Notes under the pieces: model-generated
Database searches by the model: none
What the model was told of the DNA's origin: nothing
What the model saw: the letters and a program-made list of their open reading frames with translations, nothing else
Translations under genes and position numbers: made by a program
Shown: piece after piece, positions 37,974-38,247 of the stretch
Layout: every line of letters starts with the position of its first letter
Position numbering within the stretch: position 1 is the first letter of the stretch
Origin: Puniceicoccaceae bacterium
GTDB lineage: Bacteria; Verrucomicrobiota; Verrucomicrobiia; Opitutales; Coraliomargaritaceae
NCBI GenBank assembly: GCA_003566795.1
Contig: PXBU01000102.1
Span: forward strand, 1 to 38,247
DNA: 38,247 nt
Direction: 5' to 3'

Positions 37974-38247
37974 GTGAAAATATTTAAAACAGGTGGCGGG
38001 ACAGATGCGGAAAGCGCTCAGGCGGGCCTGGTCGCACTGTTCCGTGCCTTGGAATCTCCTTTGTTGGGATTTGCTTATCAAATGGTGAAAGACGAACAGT
38101 TGGCGCAGGATATTGTGCAGGAGGCGTTTCTCCGCTTGCAGGCGCGCTTTGCGGAGGTGGCGCAGCCGAAGGCTTGGCTCTATACCACGGTCCGGCGCAT
38201 GGCGATTGATCAGATCCGCAAGCATCGCAAGGTGGTGCCCTTTGTCA
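37974..38247 (+). CDS. ECF RNA polymerase sigma factor, 5' part (runs off the window)
   Basis: The open frame from GTG 37974 gives LFRALESPLLGFAYQMVKDEQLAQDIVQEAFLRL...KAWLYTTVRRMAIDQIRK, a sigma region 2 pattern. The start codon is uncertain. Confidence 0.85.
   Translation, partial: MKIFKTGGGTDAESAQAGLVALFRALESPLLGFAYQMVKDEQLAQDIVQEAFLRLQARFAEVAQPKAWLYTTVRRMAIDQIRKHRKVVPFV

Noticed and set aside
37911-38225. 104-aa minus-strand ORF at the right edge
   Set aside because: It is antisense to the ECF sigma reading frame, which has clear region-2 motifs.

Overview
Chromosomal window from a probable Verrucomicrobiota bacterium (Opitutales/Coraliomargarita-like). The taxonomy is inferred from the PVC-type EF-Tu switch-I sequence and the gene content. 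The centre (11.6-24.5 kb) is the conserved tRNA-Thr-tuf-tRNA-Trp-secE-nusG-rplKAJL-rpoBC cluster. The left arm holds the 3' end of a probable RAYT/IS200-like transposase, ThuA-like, TPR, small Cys-rich, GspE, SET-domain and MutY genes, a hybrid histidine kinase, and tandem RNase HIII/HII. The right arm holds OPT and NupG-like transporters, three Gfo/Idh/MocA oxidoreductases, a cupin, a DinG helicase, a GH95 lipoprotein and the start of an ECF sigma factor. The most interesting signals are non-coding and absent from the ORF track. (1) A dispersed set of ~80-bp inverted GTAG-hairpin doublets (REP/REPIN-like) in which structure is conserved but stem sequence is not. (2) Two clear and one possible ~150-165-nt gene remnants that keep both ends and have lost the middle (vapC, a dinJ::yafQ fusion with its promoter/operator, and a small ORF coupled to rnhB). 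(3) A three-way-junction RNA between rplJ and rplL, where the usual L10 leader position has no room. No CRISPR array, prophage or intact novel multi-gene system could be supported. All assignments are by eye; no searches were run.
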